Positions 36,806 through 46,529 are shown, counted from the first letter of the stretch. The stretch: 64,000 bases of DNA from Parcubacteria group bacterium (GCA_028286605.1 JAQBRE010000002.1:326011-390010); one strand, 5' to 3'. Numbers and translations: made by a program. Notes: a model not told the origin generated them from the sequence alone.

Positions 36806-37906
36806 ATGATCGACATGGTCACACTTAATTCGATCTTTTCCTGGGCACGTCGATATGAACGCCATCTTTCTGGTATCGCATTCGTGCTCGGATTTATCGG
36901 CGATTTATTCACGTTCGCCGTACTGGATCTATCGCTCGCGAATCTAGCCTTCATCGGGTATCTTGTCGCTGCTGCATTTGCGACGTTTCTGGCACACGTC
37001 GTTTCTTCGCGCTTCAGCGAGCACGACGCGCTTTGGCGTCGTGCCACCTCTGCACTCGCGCCCCTAATAGTTAATTTCACGACGGGCAGCTTGCTTTCGG
37101 GTACGCTCATTTTCTATACGAAAAGCGCAACGCTTTCTGTCTCATGGCCTTTTATCGTATTGCTCGTACTTGTATTTCTGGGTAATGAAATCTTCCGTGA
37201 ATATCGCGCGCACCTTGCGTTCCAGACCGTTCTTTTCTTTTTTTCGCTCTACGCCTATGCGATATTCTCACTCCCGCTCATTCTTGGCCGTCTTGGCCCC
37301 ATGGTCTTTCTTGAAAGTACCGGAGCTGCAATACTCATTTTCGCATTATTCCTTGGGTTGCTCGCACTTGCAGGCTGGAGGCGCTTACAGGAGACACTCG
37401 TACCTATTTTGGGCGGTTCAGTGGTAGTTCTTATCATATTGGTCGGCTCCTACTTCACCTCGCTTATACCGCCGATTCCGCTCACGCTGCGCGATAGTGG
37501 CATCTATCACGATGTACAGCATGTAAACGGCGGTTACGCGCTCTCTACTGAGGCTGAACGTCCGTGGTGGCAGTTTTATGAGCCTGTGGTTATACATCAC
37601 GTTGCCGGTACGCCGCTCTACGCCTTCAGTGCCGTGTTCGCTCCTGGCGCGTTTTCTGCGAACATCATCCATGAATGGTCTCGCTACGACACTACGCAGA
37701 AGAAATGGATTCCGGAATCTACCGTGGCGTTTCCGCTTTCAGGCGGTCGTGCCGGCGGGTATCGCGGCTATTCAGAAATAACGAATGCGCCCGCAGGGAA
37801 ATGGCGCGTCTCTATTAAGACGATCTCAGGCCAAACCATCGGCCGCATAACGTTCACGGTCGTCGATTCTTCAACCGAACCAATCGTACACACCGTAACT
37901 GAATAG
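36806..37906 (+). CDS. Membrane protein with N-terminal polytopic domain and C-terminal extracytoplasmic domain (DUF2914-like architecture). Hypothetical.
   Basis: About 7 TM helices, then a ~130 aa soluble C-terminal domain. The track's start abuts tRNA-Phe, so the true start is probably a downstream ATG. Confidence 0.45.
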   Translation: MIDMVTLNSIFSWARRYERHLSGIAFVLGFIGDLFTFAVLDLSLANLAFIGYLVAAAFATFLAHVVSSRFSEHDALWRRATSALAPLIVNFTTGSLLSGTLIFYTKSATLSVSWPFIVLLVLVFLGNEIFREYRAHLAFQTVLFFFSLYAYAIFSLPLILGRLGPMVFLESTGAAILIFALFLGLLALAGWRRLQETLVPILGGSVVVLIILVGSYFTSLIPPIPLTLRDSGIYHDVQHVNGGYALSTEAERPWWQFYEPVVIHHVAGTPLYAFSAVFAPGAFSANIIHEWSRYDTTQKKWIPESTVAFPLSGGRAGGYRGYSEITNAPAGKWRVSIKTISGQTIGRITFTVVDSSTEPIVHTVTE

Positions 37907-37922
37907 GCGCGATAGATACGTA

Positions 37923-38016
37923 AAAAGCACTCTAAAAAGGGGCTGCGGAGCGTGACGACGCGAGCCGGAGCAAATTCCCAGCAGGGAATTATGCGTACCC
38001 TTTTTAGAGTGCTTTT
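37923..38016. repeat. Copy 1 of a ~95 nt conserved structured element. 19 bp perfect outer stem, enclosing a 56 nt core with two internal hairpins. Candidate structured RNA or bidirectional terminator.
   Basis: AAAAGCACTCTAAAAAGGG-[gctgcggagcgtgacgacgcgagccggagcaaattcccagcagggaattatgcgta]-CCCTTTTTAGAGTGCTTTT. The copy at 49740..49835 has the same 56 nt core with 5 substitutions and a different outer stem. Confidence 0.6.
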
Positions 38017-38023
38017 GAAGTGT

Positions 38024-38563
38024 CTAGGTAGACTTCACCTTCAGCTTCGTCTGACGGCTCTTATCAAGCTTCGGCATAACGATGGTGAGCAAACCATCCT
38101 TAGCACCCGCTGATGCATTGTCCACATCAACTTCCTGTGGAAGAAGGATGGTACGGGAGAATGAACCCCAGAAGAGTTCGCGTATAAAATAATCCTCGTC
38201 GTTCACGGCATCACGCTCTTCGCGCGAACCTTCAATAACAACCATATCGCGGCTAAGCGAAAGGCTTATCTCATCGGGACGAACGCCTGCGATGAAAGTG
38301 CGAATGACGATCTCGCCTGCGGTCTGATAGACGTCTACAGGAAGCTCGCCATCGCTCTGCTTTTCCTCAAGCGCGTTGATCATGGTCGCATGCGCTGGAG
38401 CTGGAGCGACGGAAGGAATAGAACCCATTGAACCGGTAGGAGAATTAGCCGACATTTTGCGGATGGGCTGCTGCTGCGGAACGAAATCGTCTTCGAACGC
38501 ATCGTAGTCATCCGAGATCGGAACCGATCCGGAGAGCCGTTCGAAGAAAGATCGTTTTTTCAT
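38024..38563 (-). CDS. Hsp20/alpha-crystallin family small heat-shock protein
   Basis: Alpha-crystallin domain with DGLLTIVMPK (the G-x-L motif). 179 aa. Confidence 0.85.
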   Translation of the reverse strand: MKKRSFFERLSGSVPISDDYDAFEDDFVPQQQPIRKMSANSPTGSMGSIPSVAPAPAHATMINALEEKQSDGELPVDVYQTAGEIVIRTFIAGVRPDEISLSLSRDMVVIEGSREERDAVNDEDYFIRELFWGSFSRTILLPQEVDVDNASAGAKDGLLTIVMPKLDKSRQTKLKVKST

Positions 38564-38584
38564 AGGAAATAGATAAGAGATTGG

Positions 38585-39298
38585 TTAGCAAACATTCTTC
38601 GTCGACTCCGCGTATCGGAAATACTTCAGGATCTCGAAGAGAGCGAAGAATACGATAGCGCCGGTCCAGACGATGAAGAAGGCGAGCAGGGTGTGCGAAC
38701 CGCCTCCACTGATTATAAAGAAGTTAAATACGGTGTGCAATGTGATTGCAAGGACAAGTCCGACGATCGCAGCGACTGCGCGCCATACCCGCGGCCATTT
38801 ATAGGAGAACGCGAGTGAGAATCCGATGACGGATGACGCGATAACGTGCAGAAGCGTCGAACCAACGAAGCGCAGGTTGTCGGTAGCGATTCCAATAAGG
38901 AATTGGCCGTCGCCGAACGGCTGAATAAGGAAAAGGGTATTTTCAAGCGCCGCAAAGCCGAGCGCGACGGTGAGCATATAGATAACGAGATCAATAGACT
39001 CGTTCACGTCGCGTCGCCACAGAACGAACAGGGCAGCGAGGCCGAACTTTACGGTTTCCTCGATAGCCGCCCAGGCAAGTATCACTGGGGTACCGTCTGG
39101 TAGAAGCGTCTGTGCGAGCGTTTCGAGCGGAAGCACCACTGGCACCGCGAGCATGCCGGCCATGAAGGCAACGGTAATCAGTGTGCGCGGTTCAGGGCAC
39201 CGCTCATCTTCTTTCAGGAGGAAGTGGAGCCAGATAAGCGCGGGCAGTATGCCGCCAAGAAAGGCATAGCCGAATGTCGCGATAGAAGGGACCATCAA
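38585..39298 (-). CDS. prsW: PrsW-family intramembrane metalloprotease
   Basis: EExxK (AAIEETVKF), FxxxEN (FAALENTLF) and HxxxN (LHTVFNFFI) motifs. Polytopic. Confidence 0.7.
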   Translation of the reverse strand: MMVPSIATFGYAFLGGILPALIWLHFLLKEDERCPEPRTLITVAFMAGMLAVPVVLPLETLAQTLLPDGTPVILAWAAIEETVKFGLAALFVLWRRDVNESIDLVIYMLTVALGFAALENTLFLIQPFGDGQFLIGIATDNLRFVGSTLLHVIASSVIGFSLAFSYKWPRVWRAVAAIVGLVLAITLHTVFNFFIISGGGSHTLLAFFIVWTGAIVFFALFEILKYFRYAESTKNVC

Positions 39299-39342
39299 AA
39301 TGATTATACAACACGCGGTGTGTCGTAATGCATGCTACGGCG

Positions 39343-41487
39343 CTAATTACTTGGCCAGCTGGCGACGATGAGCATACCGTCGTGTTCAGGAAGGCTCTGC
39401 CAGATCTCTTCAGTTACGAATGGCATGAAGGGGTGGAGGAGGATGAGGACGTCCTTCAAGAGGGCGCGCAGCGTAGCTGCGCGCGATGCAGCCGCTTCCT
39501 TATCATCCCCAAGAAGTATCGGCTTCGATTCTTCCAGAATACGATCCGCTAATTCCTTCCACGCATATTGATACATTTTGTCGGCAGCAAGATACATGCG
39601 ATACGCTTCCATATCTTTCGTTACATCTGCAGCTATATCGGCGAGTTCGGTTTTCAGTGCCATGTCCACTTCTGTGAGCGGCGCATCCAAATCTGCACCC
39701 TCGGTGCTCTCAAGTATGAAGCGCGTGATATTCCAGAGCTTGTTCGCGAAGTGCTTATAACCCTTTATCTTATCGTCTGAAAGTCGCGTGTCCATTCCGG
39801 GCGTATTGCCCACGACTATAGCCATGCGTGACGCATCAGCGCCGAACTTATCGATCATGACAATTGGATCAATACCGTTACCAAGAGACTTAGAGAACTT
39901 CTGCCCCTTCGCGTCGCGAATGAGGCCGTGCAGATAGACGGTCTTGAATGGAATATCGCCAAGCACGAACTGCGTCATAAGGATCATGCGCGCGACCCAG
40001 AAGAAAAGGATGTCGTGTCCGGTTTCAAGAACATCAGTCGGATGGAAGCGCGCGAGGTCTGGTGTTTCATCCGGCCAGCCAAGGGTTGAGAAGGTCCACG
40101 AGCCCGAAGAGAACCACGTGTCGAGCGTGTCTTCATCCTGTACCCAGCCATCGGTAGCCCAGTCTCCTTCAGGCGGTTCACCTACGGTTATTTCATCGCC
40201 GCGCGTCCATACCGGTACGCGATGTCCGTACCAGATCTGACGGCTGATGCACCAGTCCCGAAGATTTTCAATCCAGTGGTAATACGTCTTATCAAGATAT
40301 TCAGGAAGAATCGTTATTGCGCCAGAACGTACGGGCTCAAGCATAAGCTCCTTCAGTGATTTGTTGCCGCGCTCCTTGATCGGCTTATTCACATCGATGA
40401 ACCACTGCAGTTTCGGAAGAGGCTCGATAACGCCGCCCGTGCGTTCAGCCGTAGAGATGTTCTGCGTGATGTCTTCTTCGTTTTCAAGCAAGCCCTGTTC
40501 CTTCAGCCACTCAACGACTTTCTCGCGCGCTTCTCCGACCTTAAGTCCATTAAGTGGCCCAGCAACCATCATCTTTGCGCGCTCATCGATAACCTGCGGA
40601 TGCGGCAGATTGTGGCGCTCAGCGATTTCCCAGTCTATCTGTGAATGTGCGGGCGTAACGCCAAGGGCACCGGTGCCGAATTCAGGCTCAACGCTCGTAT
40701 CGCCGACGATCTTTATATGAAGCGGTACGCCCATGAATTCAAGATCGTATTCTTTTCCGATGAATTCCTTATAGCGAATGTCGTCGGGATGTACCGCAAC
40801 TGCCGTATCGCCAACCTTCGTTTCAGGACGGCTCGTGGCAATAGTGATAGGGAAGTCCTTAGAATATTTAAAGGTATAGAGTTTTCCTGCGCGCTCCTGA
40901 TGAACGATCTCATCATCTGAAATCGTCGTCTGGCCTTTCGGATCCCAGTTAACGATACGTAAGCCTTTATAGATAAGGCCGGCATCATACATATCCTTGA
41001 ACATCGTGTTAACGGCTCGGTTGCGCTTCTGGTCCAGGGTGAAGGCTTCGCGAGACCAATCGCAGGACGCACCCGTCGCACGGATCTGCATGCGGATAGT
41101 ATCGCGACTTTCTTCAACGAACGTGTCGATTCGTTTCAGGAGCTCTTCGCGACCAAGATCATGACGACTCTTGCCTTCGGCTTTCTGAACGTCTTTCTCG
41201 ACGCGCGATTGCGTAGCAATCGCGGCGTGGTCCGTACCAGGCAGCCAGAGTGCTTCGTACCCCTGCATACGCCTGAAGCGAATCATCATGTCCTGAAGCG
41301 TCATGCCGAGCATGTGGCCCATATGCAGAACGCCTGTGGCATTCGGTGGCGGCATCATGATGGTGAAGGGTCCCTTCGTGGCGTTCGGAAGATTGTCCGG
41401 GTTGAAATAGCCCGATTCTTCCCACATCTGGTAGATGCGGGTCTCGGTATCTGCAGAGTTGTACGGCTTCTTGAATTTATCAATCAT
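39343..41487 (-). CDS. valS: Valine--tRNA ligase (short form lacking C-terminal coiled coil)
   Basis: PPPNATGVLHMGH (HIGH region), KFSKSLGN (KMSKS), and editing-domain features. 714 aa. Confidence 0.85.
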   Translation of the reverse strand: MIDKFKKPYNSADTETRIYQMWEESGYFNPDNLPNATKGPFTIMMPPPNATGVLHMGHMLGMTLQDMMIRFRRMQGYEALWLPGTDHAAIATQSRVEKDVQKAEGKSRHDLGREELLKRIDTFVEESRDTIRMQIRATGASCDWSREAFTLDQKRNRAVNTMFKDMYDAGLIYKGLRIVNWDPKGQTTISDDEIVHQERAGKLYTFKYSKDFPITIATSRPETKVGDTAVAVHPDDIRYKEFIGKEYDLEFMGVPLHIKIVGDTSVEPEFGTGALGVTPAHSQIDWEIAERHNLPHPQVIDERAKMMVAGPLNGLKVGEAREKVVEWLKEQGLLENEEDITQNISTAERTGGVIEPLPKLQWFIDVNKPIKERGNKSLKELMLEPVRSGAITILPEYLDKTYYHWIENLRDWCISRQIWYGHRVPVWTRGDEITVGEPPEGDWATDGWVQDEDTLDTWFSSGSWTFSTLGWPDETPDLARFHPTDVLETGHDILFFWVARMILMTQFVLGDIPFKTVYLHGLIRDAKGQKFSKSLGNGIDPIVMIDKFGADASRMAIVVGNTPGMDTRLSDDKIKGYKHFANKLWNITRFILESTEGADLDAPLTEVDMALKTELADIAADVTKDMEAYRMYLAADKMYQYAWKELADRILEESKPILLGDDKEAAASRAATLRALLKDVLILLHPFMPFVTEEIWQSLPEHDGMLIVASWPSN

Positions 41488-41505
41488 TAGCTAAAATATA
41501 GCAAA

Positions 41506-41527
41506 AACCGCGCTTTTTTGCGCGGTT
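41506..41527 (-). terminator. Terminator after tsaD (minus strand)
   Basis: aaccgcgc-tttttt-gcgcggtt hairpin, with a T-run on the minus strand. Confidence 0.5.
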
Positions 41528-42742
41528 CTAGGATGCAGAGAGGGACAGGTTGCCGTTTGCCTTCAGTTCATCGATATCAGCGAAATCCTTACGAAGCCAG
41601 GAATAGAAACCAGCGATGGCGATCATAATGGCGTTGTCGCCGGTGAGAAAGGCAGAAGGTATGAAAAGAGAAACCTCAGGGTGATCCTGCGGCAGGCGCT
41701 CACGGAAGACGCGGCGTATGTGTGCGTTCGCAGAAACGCCTCCGCCGATAGCGAGCGTAAGCGCGCCGGTCTGTGCAAGTGCTTTCGATGCTTTTGCATA
41801 CAGCACGTCGCTTGCGGCATCTTCGAAGGCGCGAGCGAGCTGTTCCTTCTCGAGCTCAGTCAGTTCCTTTCCTTTCGTAAGATAGAGCACTGATGTCTTG
41901 AGGCCGCTGAAGGAGAAGTCGCAATCGTTCGTGTCGATCATCGGACGGGGAAGCTTGTATGGGTTTGTGCGGGAATCTTCGCGATCGCGTTCCGCAAGTT
42001 TAGACACCTCGGGGCCTCCCGGGTACGGGAGGCCCAGCATGCGCGCCACTTTATCGAATGCCTCACCGACCGCATCATCGCGCGTCTGGCCGATGAGCTG
42101 GTATTCACGCCACACATTCGCTGCATCCAGTTCTGTGTGTCCGCCAGAAATAAGCAGCGCGAGCAGCGGCATCTGTACGTCTTTCAATTCGTACGTACGC
42201 TCGCCTGCTTCGGTCAGGAGCGCAGAAAGCGTATGGCCTTCCATGTGATTCACGGCGATAAGCGGCTTGTCCCAAATAATAGAAAGTGCCTTAGCGAAGT
42301 TCACGCCAACCCAGAGCGCGGGCTCAAGGCCAGGGCCCGCCGTTACGGCAATCGCATCGATATCCGGAACTTCCATTTCAGAAACGGAAGCAAGGAACGC
42401 TTCGTCAAGATCAGGCTCGCGTTCAAGCAGCTTGGCGATACGCTCAGGCAGACCTTCTGCGAAGGTCTGCCTGTCTTCGCGCAGCATCTCTGCTTCTTCA
42501 AGCGCCGCTTCTAGTATGGGTACGAGATTCTTCGCATGTTCGCGCTTGGCGACGGCAGGAAACACGCCGCCGAATTCACGATGAATCTCGATCTGCGAAA
42601 GCAGCGCATTTCCTAAGATAGTGAATCGCGCAGCGTTCTCGTCGCCTTCGCATTCAAGGATAGCGATGGCCGTTTCGTCGCACGAGGTCTCAATTGCCAG
42701 CAGTTTCATCTTCGATAAGGGTCCACGGGAAGGGGCCTTCAC
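41528..42742 (-). CDS. tsaD: tRNA N6-adenosine threonylcarbamoyltransferase TsaD (Kae1/YgjD family) with a ~60 aa insertion
   Basis: N-terminus MKLLAIETSCDETAIAI and metal-binding His motifs. 404 aa against about 340 typical. Confidence 0.8.
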   Translation of the reverse strand: MKAPSRGPLSKMKLLAIETSCDETAIAILECEGDENAARFTILGNALLSQIEIHREFGGVFPAVAKREHAKNLVPILEAALEEAEMLREDRQTFAEGLPERIAKLLEREPDLDEAFLASVSEMEVPDIDAIAVTAGPGLEPALWVGVNFAKALSIIWDKPLIAVNHMEGHTLSALLTEAGERTYELKDVQMPLLALLISGGHTELDAANVWREYQLIGQTRDDAVGEAFDKVARMLGLPYPGGPEVSKLAERDREDSRTNPYKLPRPMIDTNDCDFSFSGLKTSVLYLTKGKELTELEKEQLARAFEDAASDVLYAKASKALAQTGALTLAIGGGVSANAHIRRVFRERLPQDHPEVSLFIPSAFLTGDNAIMIAIAGFYSWLRKDFADIDELKANGNLSLSAS

Positions 42743-43547
42743 GCGGGATAAGGAAACCAGATGCGCTCGGATGGCCGTTGCCGCCGAACTTCTGCGCGAT
42801 CTTGCTTACATCTATCGTGCCATCGCCGCGAATAGAAACGCCGTATCCGTTCGGATGCGCGGTTATCACGAGCGCGAACGGGCCCTTCTTGCGCGCAAGC
42901 TTATTGCCGATAAGTGATTTCATGGATTTCATCGGATGGCTCGATGCGAAATATATTTTATGGCCTTCGAATGATACGAGCTTCGCGTGACCAGCCGCCT
43001 CTTCTGCTAACAACTCGAAATATTCAGCGTAAATACGAGTCTTTTCGAAAAACGGTTCACGTTCGATAGGATCATCAAGCTTCTTTGCCATTTCGTCCCA
43101 TGATTCGAACGTAAGAGGATGTACTTCGAGATATGCCATCAGAGCTTTCGTGTCAGGAAGTGCGAACAGGAAGAGATCGTCATCCTGCACGTGAGCAAGC
43201 AGTGTTGGAAGGGGAGTTTCCGGATGAAAATAACGCCAAGCAATGCCCGCACCAGACAGTTCAGTTTCGTACACGTATTCAGGCATCGCCTGTATGACGT
43301 CAGCGACACCTTCGTGATGATCGAGCACCGTTACTTTAGAGGCGATTGATACGAAGTGATCCATATCTTCCTTCGCATAGCAGAAATCTATAAAATAGAG
43401 ATGCGCCCCCTCAAGACCTTCCTGCAAAGGAGTACCGCGATGTAGCGGGAAGTATTCAGCCGAATCACCGAACTTTTTCCACGCGGCATAAGCCCCTCCG
43501 AAGCCGTCGGGGCAGTTACCGTGATAGAGAATTACTGTGCGTCCCAT
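42690..43547 (-). CDS. DHH/DHHA1 phosphoesterase (NrnA-like oligoribonuclease / pAp phosphatase)
   Basis: DHH motif (VLDHHEG) and DHHA1 motif (GGNGHPSASG). The likely start is MGRTVILYHG. Overlaps the tsaD 3' end by about 50 nt. Confidence 0.65.
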   Translation of the reverse strand: MGRTVILYHGNCPDGFGGAYAAWKKFGDSAEYFPLHRGTPLQEGLEGAHLYFIDFCYAKEDMDHFVSIASKVTVLDHHEGVADVIQAMPEYVYETELSGAGIAWRYFHPETPLPTLLAHVQDDDLFLFALPDTKALMAYLEVHPLTFESWDEMAKKLDDPIEREPFFEKTRIYAEYFELLAEEAAGHAKLVSFEGHKIYFASSHPMKSMKSLIGNKLARKKGPFALVITAHPNGYGVSIRGDGTIDVSKIAQKFGGNGHPSASGFLIPREGPFPWTLIEDETAGN

Positions 43548-43577
43548 ATATAGGTTATAGCGCATTTCTGCCTAGTG

Positions 43578-43650
43578 TGCGCGGTGTAGGATTCGAACCT
43601 ACGACATCGTCAACGTCAATGACGCGCTCTACCAACTGAGCTAACCGCGC
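43578..43650 (-). tRNA. tRNA-Val (anticodon GAC). CCA not encoded.
   Basis: Reverse complement GCGCGGT-TA-GCTC-AGTTGGTA-GAGC-G-CGTCA-TTGACGT-TGACG-ATGTC-GTAGG-TTCGAAT-CCTAC-ACCGCGC-A. Confidence 0.9.
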
Positions 43651-43765
43651 ATATCGAACTGGAAGCAGAATAGCGCATCTCGGGGTTATCTTCAACATGA
43701 AGGGCGGTACTCATGTACGTGCAAAACTCCATTTGCGTTGCACGGAGGTCGTATACTATTTGTAT

Positions 43766-44317
43766 ATGAAAAACAATTACGCGTGGGCGATTATCGTGCT
43801 CGTTCTTGTAGTGGCAGCCGGAGCAATCTGGTTCATGATGAATAAGGCGAACGTTCCGCTTCCTGATGCCGCAACGACGGTTGGCACAGGAACCACCGGC
43901 GCAACTCATACCGGTACTGCAGGAGGAGTTAAGACGACTTCTTCAGGAACGGTGGTAACGACTGACACTCGTCCTAAGATCACGAGCATCAATCCTGCAC
44001 AGGGCAAGCCAGGCGCAGTTGCTCAGATCAAGGGTGTGAATTTTGACAGCTCGACGAACGTCATTACCTTCGGTCCTTCCAAAGGTCTTCATCGTGCGGA
44101 TGGTACTGCAGACAATCAGGTAGGATCACTTGCCTCATCGGATGGCACGACTCTTAGCTTCACGGTACCGACGACTCTCCAGAGCGGCATGCTCTGTGAC
44201 CAGTCCAACGTATGTAAGACCTATGGCACAGGTTCAATCGCAACGGGCGTATACGATGTTACGGTCATCAACAAGAATGGCCTCAGCAATACGTTCCCAT
44301 TCAGCGTCATTCAATAA
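43766..44317 (+). CDS. Hypothetical secreted protein with N-terminal TM anchor, Thr/Gly-rich linker and a beta-sandwich (IPT/TIG-like) domain
   Basis: MKNNYAWAIIVLVLVVAAGAIWF anchor, then TTGATHTGTAGGVKTTSSGTVVTT, then KITSINPAQGKPGAVAQIKGVNF. Start taken at the internal ATG. Confidence 0.4.
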   Translation: MKNNYAWAIIVLVLVVAAGAIWFMMNKANVPLPDAATTVGTGTTGATHTGTAGGVKTTSSGTVVTTDTRPKITSINPAQGKPGAVAQIKGVNFDSSTNVITFGPSKGLHRADGTADNQVGSLASSDGTTLSFTVPTTLQSGMLCDQSNVCKTYGTGSIATGVYDVTVINKNGLSNTFPFSVIQ

Positions 44318-44327
44318 TTAATCCTTT

Positions 44328-44364
44328 AAAAAACACGGCCTTGCTATGCAAGGCCGTGTTTTTT
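44328..44364. terminator. Bidirectional terminator between convergent genes
   Basis: aaaaaacacggccttgc-tatg-caaggccgtgtttttt. Confidence 0.65.
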
Positions 44365-44383
44365 AATACCCACCCACAAATAT

Positions 44384-46483
44384 CTAGAATAGATTCGCCA
44401 GGAACGTTCGTAACCAAGAAGCGAATACGCCAACCGAGGCAAGAAGGGAAGTGTGCGATACGACAGGAGCAATAGAGACCTGGCCCTGATATTCATAGGC
44501 GCCACGATCATAGGTTCCATCTGCGCCGCGAGTAACGCCGTATGCATCAACATTGTACGGTGAGCCGAGACTCACGCCTGGATTGAGTGGCGCACTCAGA
44601 TGGTAATCGCTCGTGAATACGTCAGTGCCGCTGCGAACGAATGGATCGGTACTCGAACCAATCTGAGCATTTGTATCATTCAGAGCTGCACCGGGGTTTT
44701 CGTCCACTGGAGTAGGAACACCGCTGGTTCGAACGTTTTTTGAGAAGTAATCGTTCGCGTGCGTTACGCCAAAGAAGCCGAATCCGTTACTTTGGTTGTT
44801 GTACCAGATATTGTTATAGACCAGATTGTTCGTGCCTTGTTCTATATGAAGCGCACCCACTGACGAGTTCTTCATATTCACCACGTCGTTGTTATAGAAC
44901 TGAAGATTATCCATTTCCTGCAAATCATTTCCCGTATGGTAGTAGTAGATGGTACTGACGCTGTCAGAGAAGATGTTTCCATAGATGCTCCAGTTCGTAG
45001 ATATTCCAAGATTAACTCCCGCGAATACGCCCGTCCCATTAATATCGTTCCAAATATTATTACGGAACGTCCAATTATCATTGGTTCCCTGTGAGGAGAC
45101 GCCTTCAGCATGATAGTTGGGGCAGATTGGATCGGTGTAGCCGGTGCTCTTCACGCCATCAATGGCATTATCTTCAATAAGAACGTTACTCCAATTGTTG
45201 AGATAGAATGCAGCACCGAACAAATTGTGCAGATAGTTGTCGCGGAAGGTGAAACCAGTTCCACCTGTCGTTCCGTTTATGCCGCGCATCGGGAACGTTA
45301 TGTCACCAGCATACGCGTTAACGTGCTCAATCGTGAGATTAGAGACCGTGTTAGTAAGCTGGAAGAGCATATGGAAGCCATTGCAGACTGGATTAGTCTG
45401 CGTAACGGTAATGCCGAAGCCGCTCGTCCAGTTTCCTGGGCCTCCCCCGGTTGAACCGTCAAGCACGTAGTACGGGGTCGTGTAGTTGAACATCGGGAAC
45501 GTGGCCGTTCCGGTTCCATAGGAAGAAATCCAGCCCGTATCAGTTCCGTGATTGCTCTGGGTGGCTTTCTTAACGGTTATTAGTGTACTGCCAGAGGCCG
45601 CATCGCTGAAGGTGTGGATGGCATATTCTGTTCCGGAGCCGCAGAGGTAATAGGTATCACCGCGCACCAATGATTTAGGAAGGTCGAGATAGGCGTTGGT
45701 CCAGTCAGCACCGGTATGTGTGCCTGCCGTTGCGTCAGGACACACATATACGAACGTAGGATCCGTAACCGTTGGAGTTACTGGCACTACCGGTAGTACT
45801 ACGGGAGGCTTATTGGATATCGGAGTAGGCGTAGGGTCCGGCGTCGGGGTAGGTGTGGGAGTAGGCGCTGGCGGAGTAACGGTGGTCGTTTGAGTATTCG
45901 TATCGGATGTACCGGTAACTGAAGAAACAGTATTCGTAACGGTCGAAATAATCGTGCCAAGCACGGATGTTGATACTGGCGTCGATGCAGGAGCCGGAGA
46001 CGGCGCAGAAGATACGGCTGGTGCAGGCGCGCCCGTGTTTGAGGAAATACGCGGAACGCTTGGCGACACATATGTGGATGGTGAAACTGCTGAATGTGCA
46101 GCAACAGGAATTTGAGGAGCAATACCCAAGAGGGAATAATCCTTGAGGCTGTCGCTTGCCTTGACGGGTTGTCCCTTGGTAGCAGGGATGATGACTCGCG
46201 TCATGAGTCCGTATGCTCCGGGTGCTGAAACGATGACAACCGCGATAAGTACTAACTGAAGGAAAATGCTCGTCTTGCTGTGCGCAGGAGCCCTTTGAAC
46301 CGAGGAATATTGGGTCTGTGAACGCAACGCGAAAGGTCCTGTCTGGATTTTCAGGATAGCAAATGCGCCATTTACGTCTTCCGCACTCGACCCTTTAGAA
46401 GTGAGGTCTTTAAGAATGTCTTCTTCAGAATGCCCTGAGGCCTGTTTCTGACGTATGGTGTCGAGAAGTTCCTGGCTAGCCAT
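44384..46483 (-). CDS. Single-pass membrane protein with a conserved cytoplasmic N-domain, Pro/Thr-rich linker and extracellular right-handed beta-helix domain (paralog of 33436..35295)
   Basis: The N-terminus QELLDTIRQKQASGHSEEDILKDLTSKGSSAEDVNGAFAILK matches the first paralog. TM IFLQLVLIAVVIVSAPGAYGL. Linker PTPTPTPTPDPTPTP. Repetitive N/G/T-rich beta-helix rungs (NNIWND, YGNIFSD, YNNDVVN). Confidence 0.6.
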   Translation of the reverse strand: MASQELLDTIRQKQASGHSEEDILKDLTSKGSSAEDVNGAFAILKIQTGPFALRSQTQYSSVQRAPAHSKTSIFLQLVLIAVVIVSAPGAYGLMTRVIIPATKGQPVKASDSLKDYSLLGIAPQIPVAAHSAVSPSTYVSPSVPRISSNTGAPAPAVSSAPSPAPASTPVSTSVLGTIISTVTNTVSSVTGTSDTNTQTTTVTPPAPTPTPTPTPDPTPTPISNKPPVVLPVVPVTPTVTDPTFVYVCPDATAGTHTGADWTNAYLDLPKSLVRGDTYYLCGSGTEYAIHTFSDAASGSTLITVKKATQSNHGTDTGWISSYGTGTATFPMFNYTTPYYVLDGSTGGGPGNWTSGFGITVTQTNPVCNGFHMLFQLTNTVSNLTIEHVNAYAGDITFPMRGINGTTGGTGFTFRDNYLHNLFGAAFYLNNWSNVLIEDNAIDGVKSTGYTDPICPNYHAEGVSSQGTNDNWTFRNNIWNDINGTGVFAGVNLGISTNWSIYGNIFSDSVSTIYYYHTGNDLQEMDNLQFYNNDVVNMKNSSVGALHIEQGTNNLVYNNIWYNNQSNGFGFFGVTHANDYFSKNVRTSGVPTPVDENPGAALNDTNAQIGSSTDPFVRSGTDVFTSDYHLSAPLNPGVSLGSPYNVDAYGVTRGADGTYDRGAYEYQGQVSIAPVVSHTSLLASVGVFASWLRTFLANLF

Positions 46484-46529
46484 GAAATTTCGTTTCCGGA
46501 TTCATGAGGAAATAATAGCACTAGTTTTG

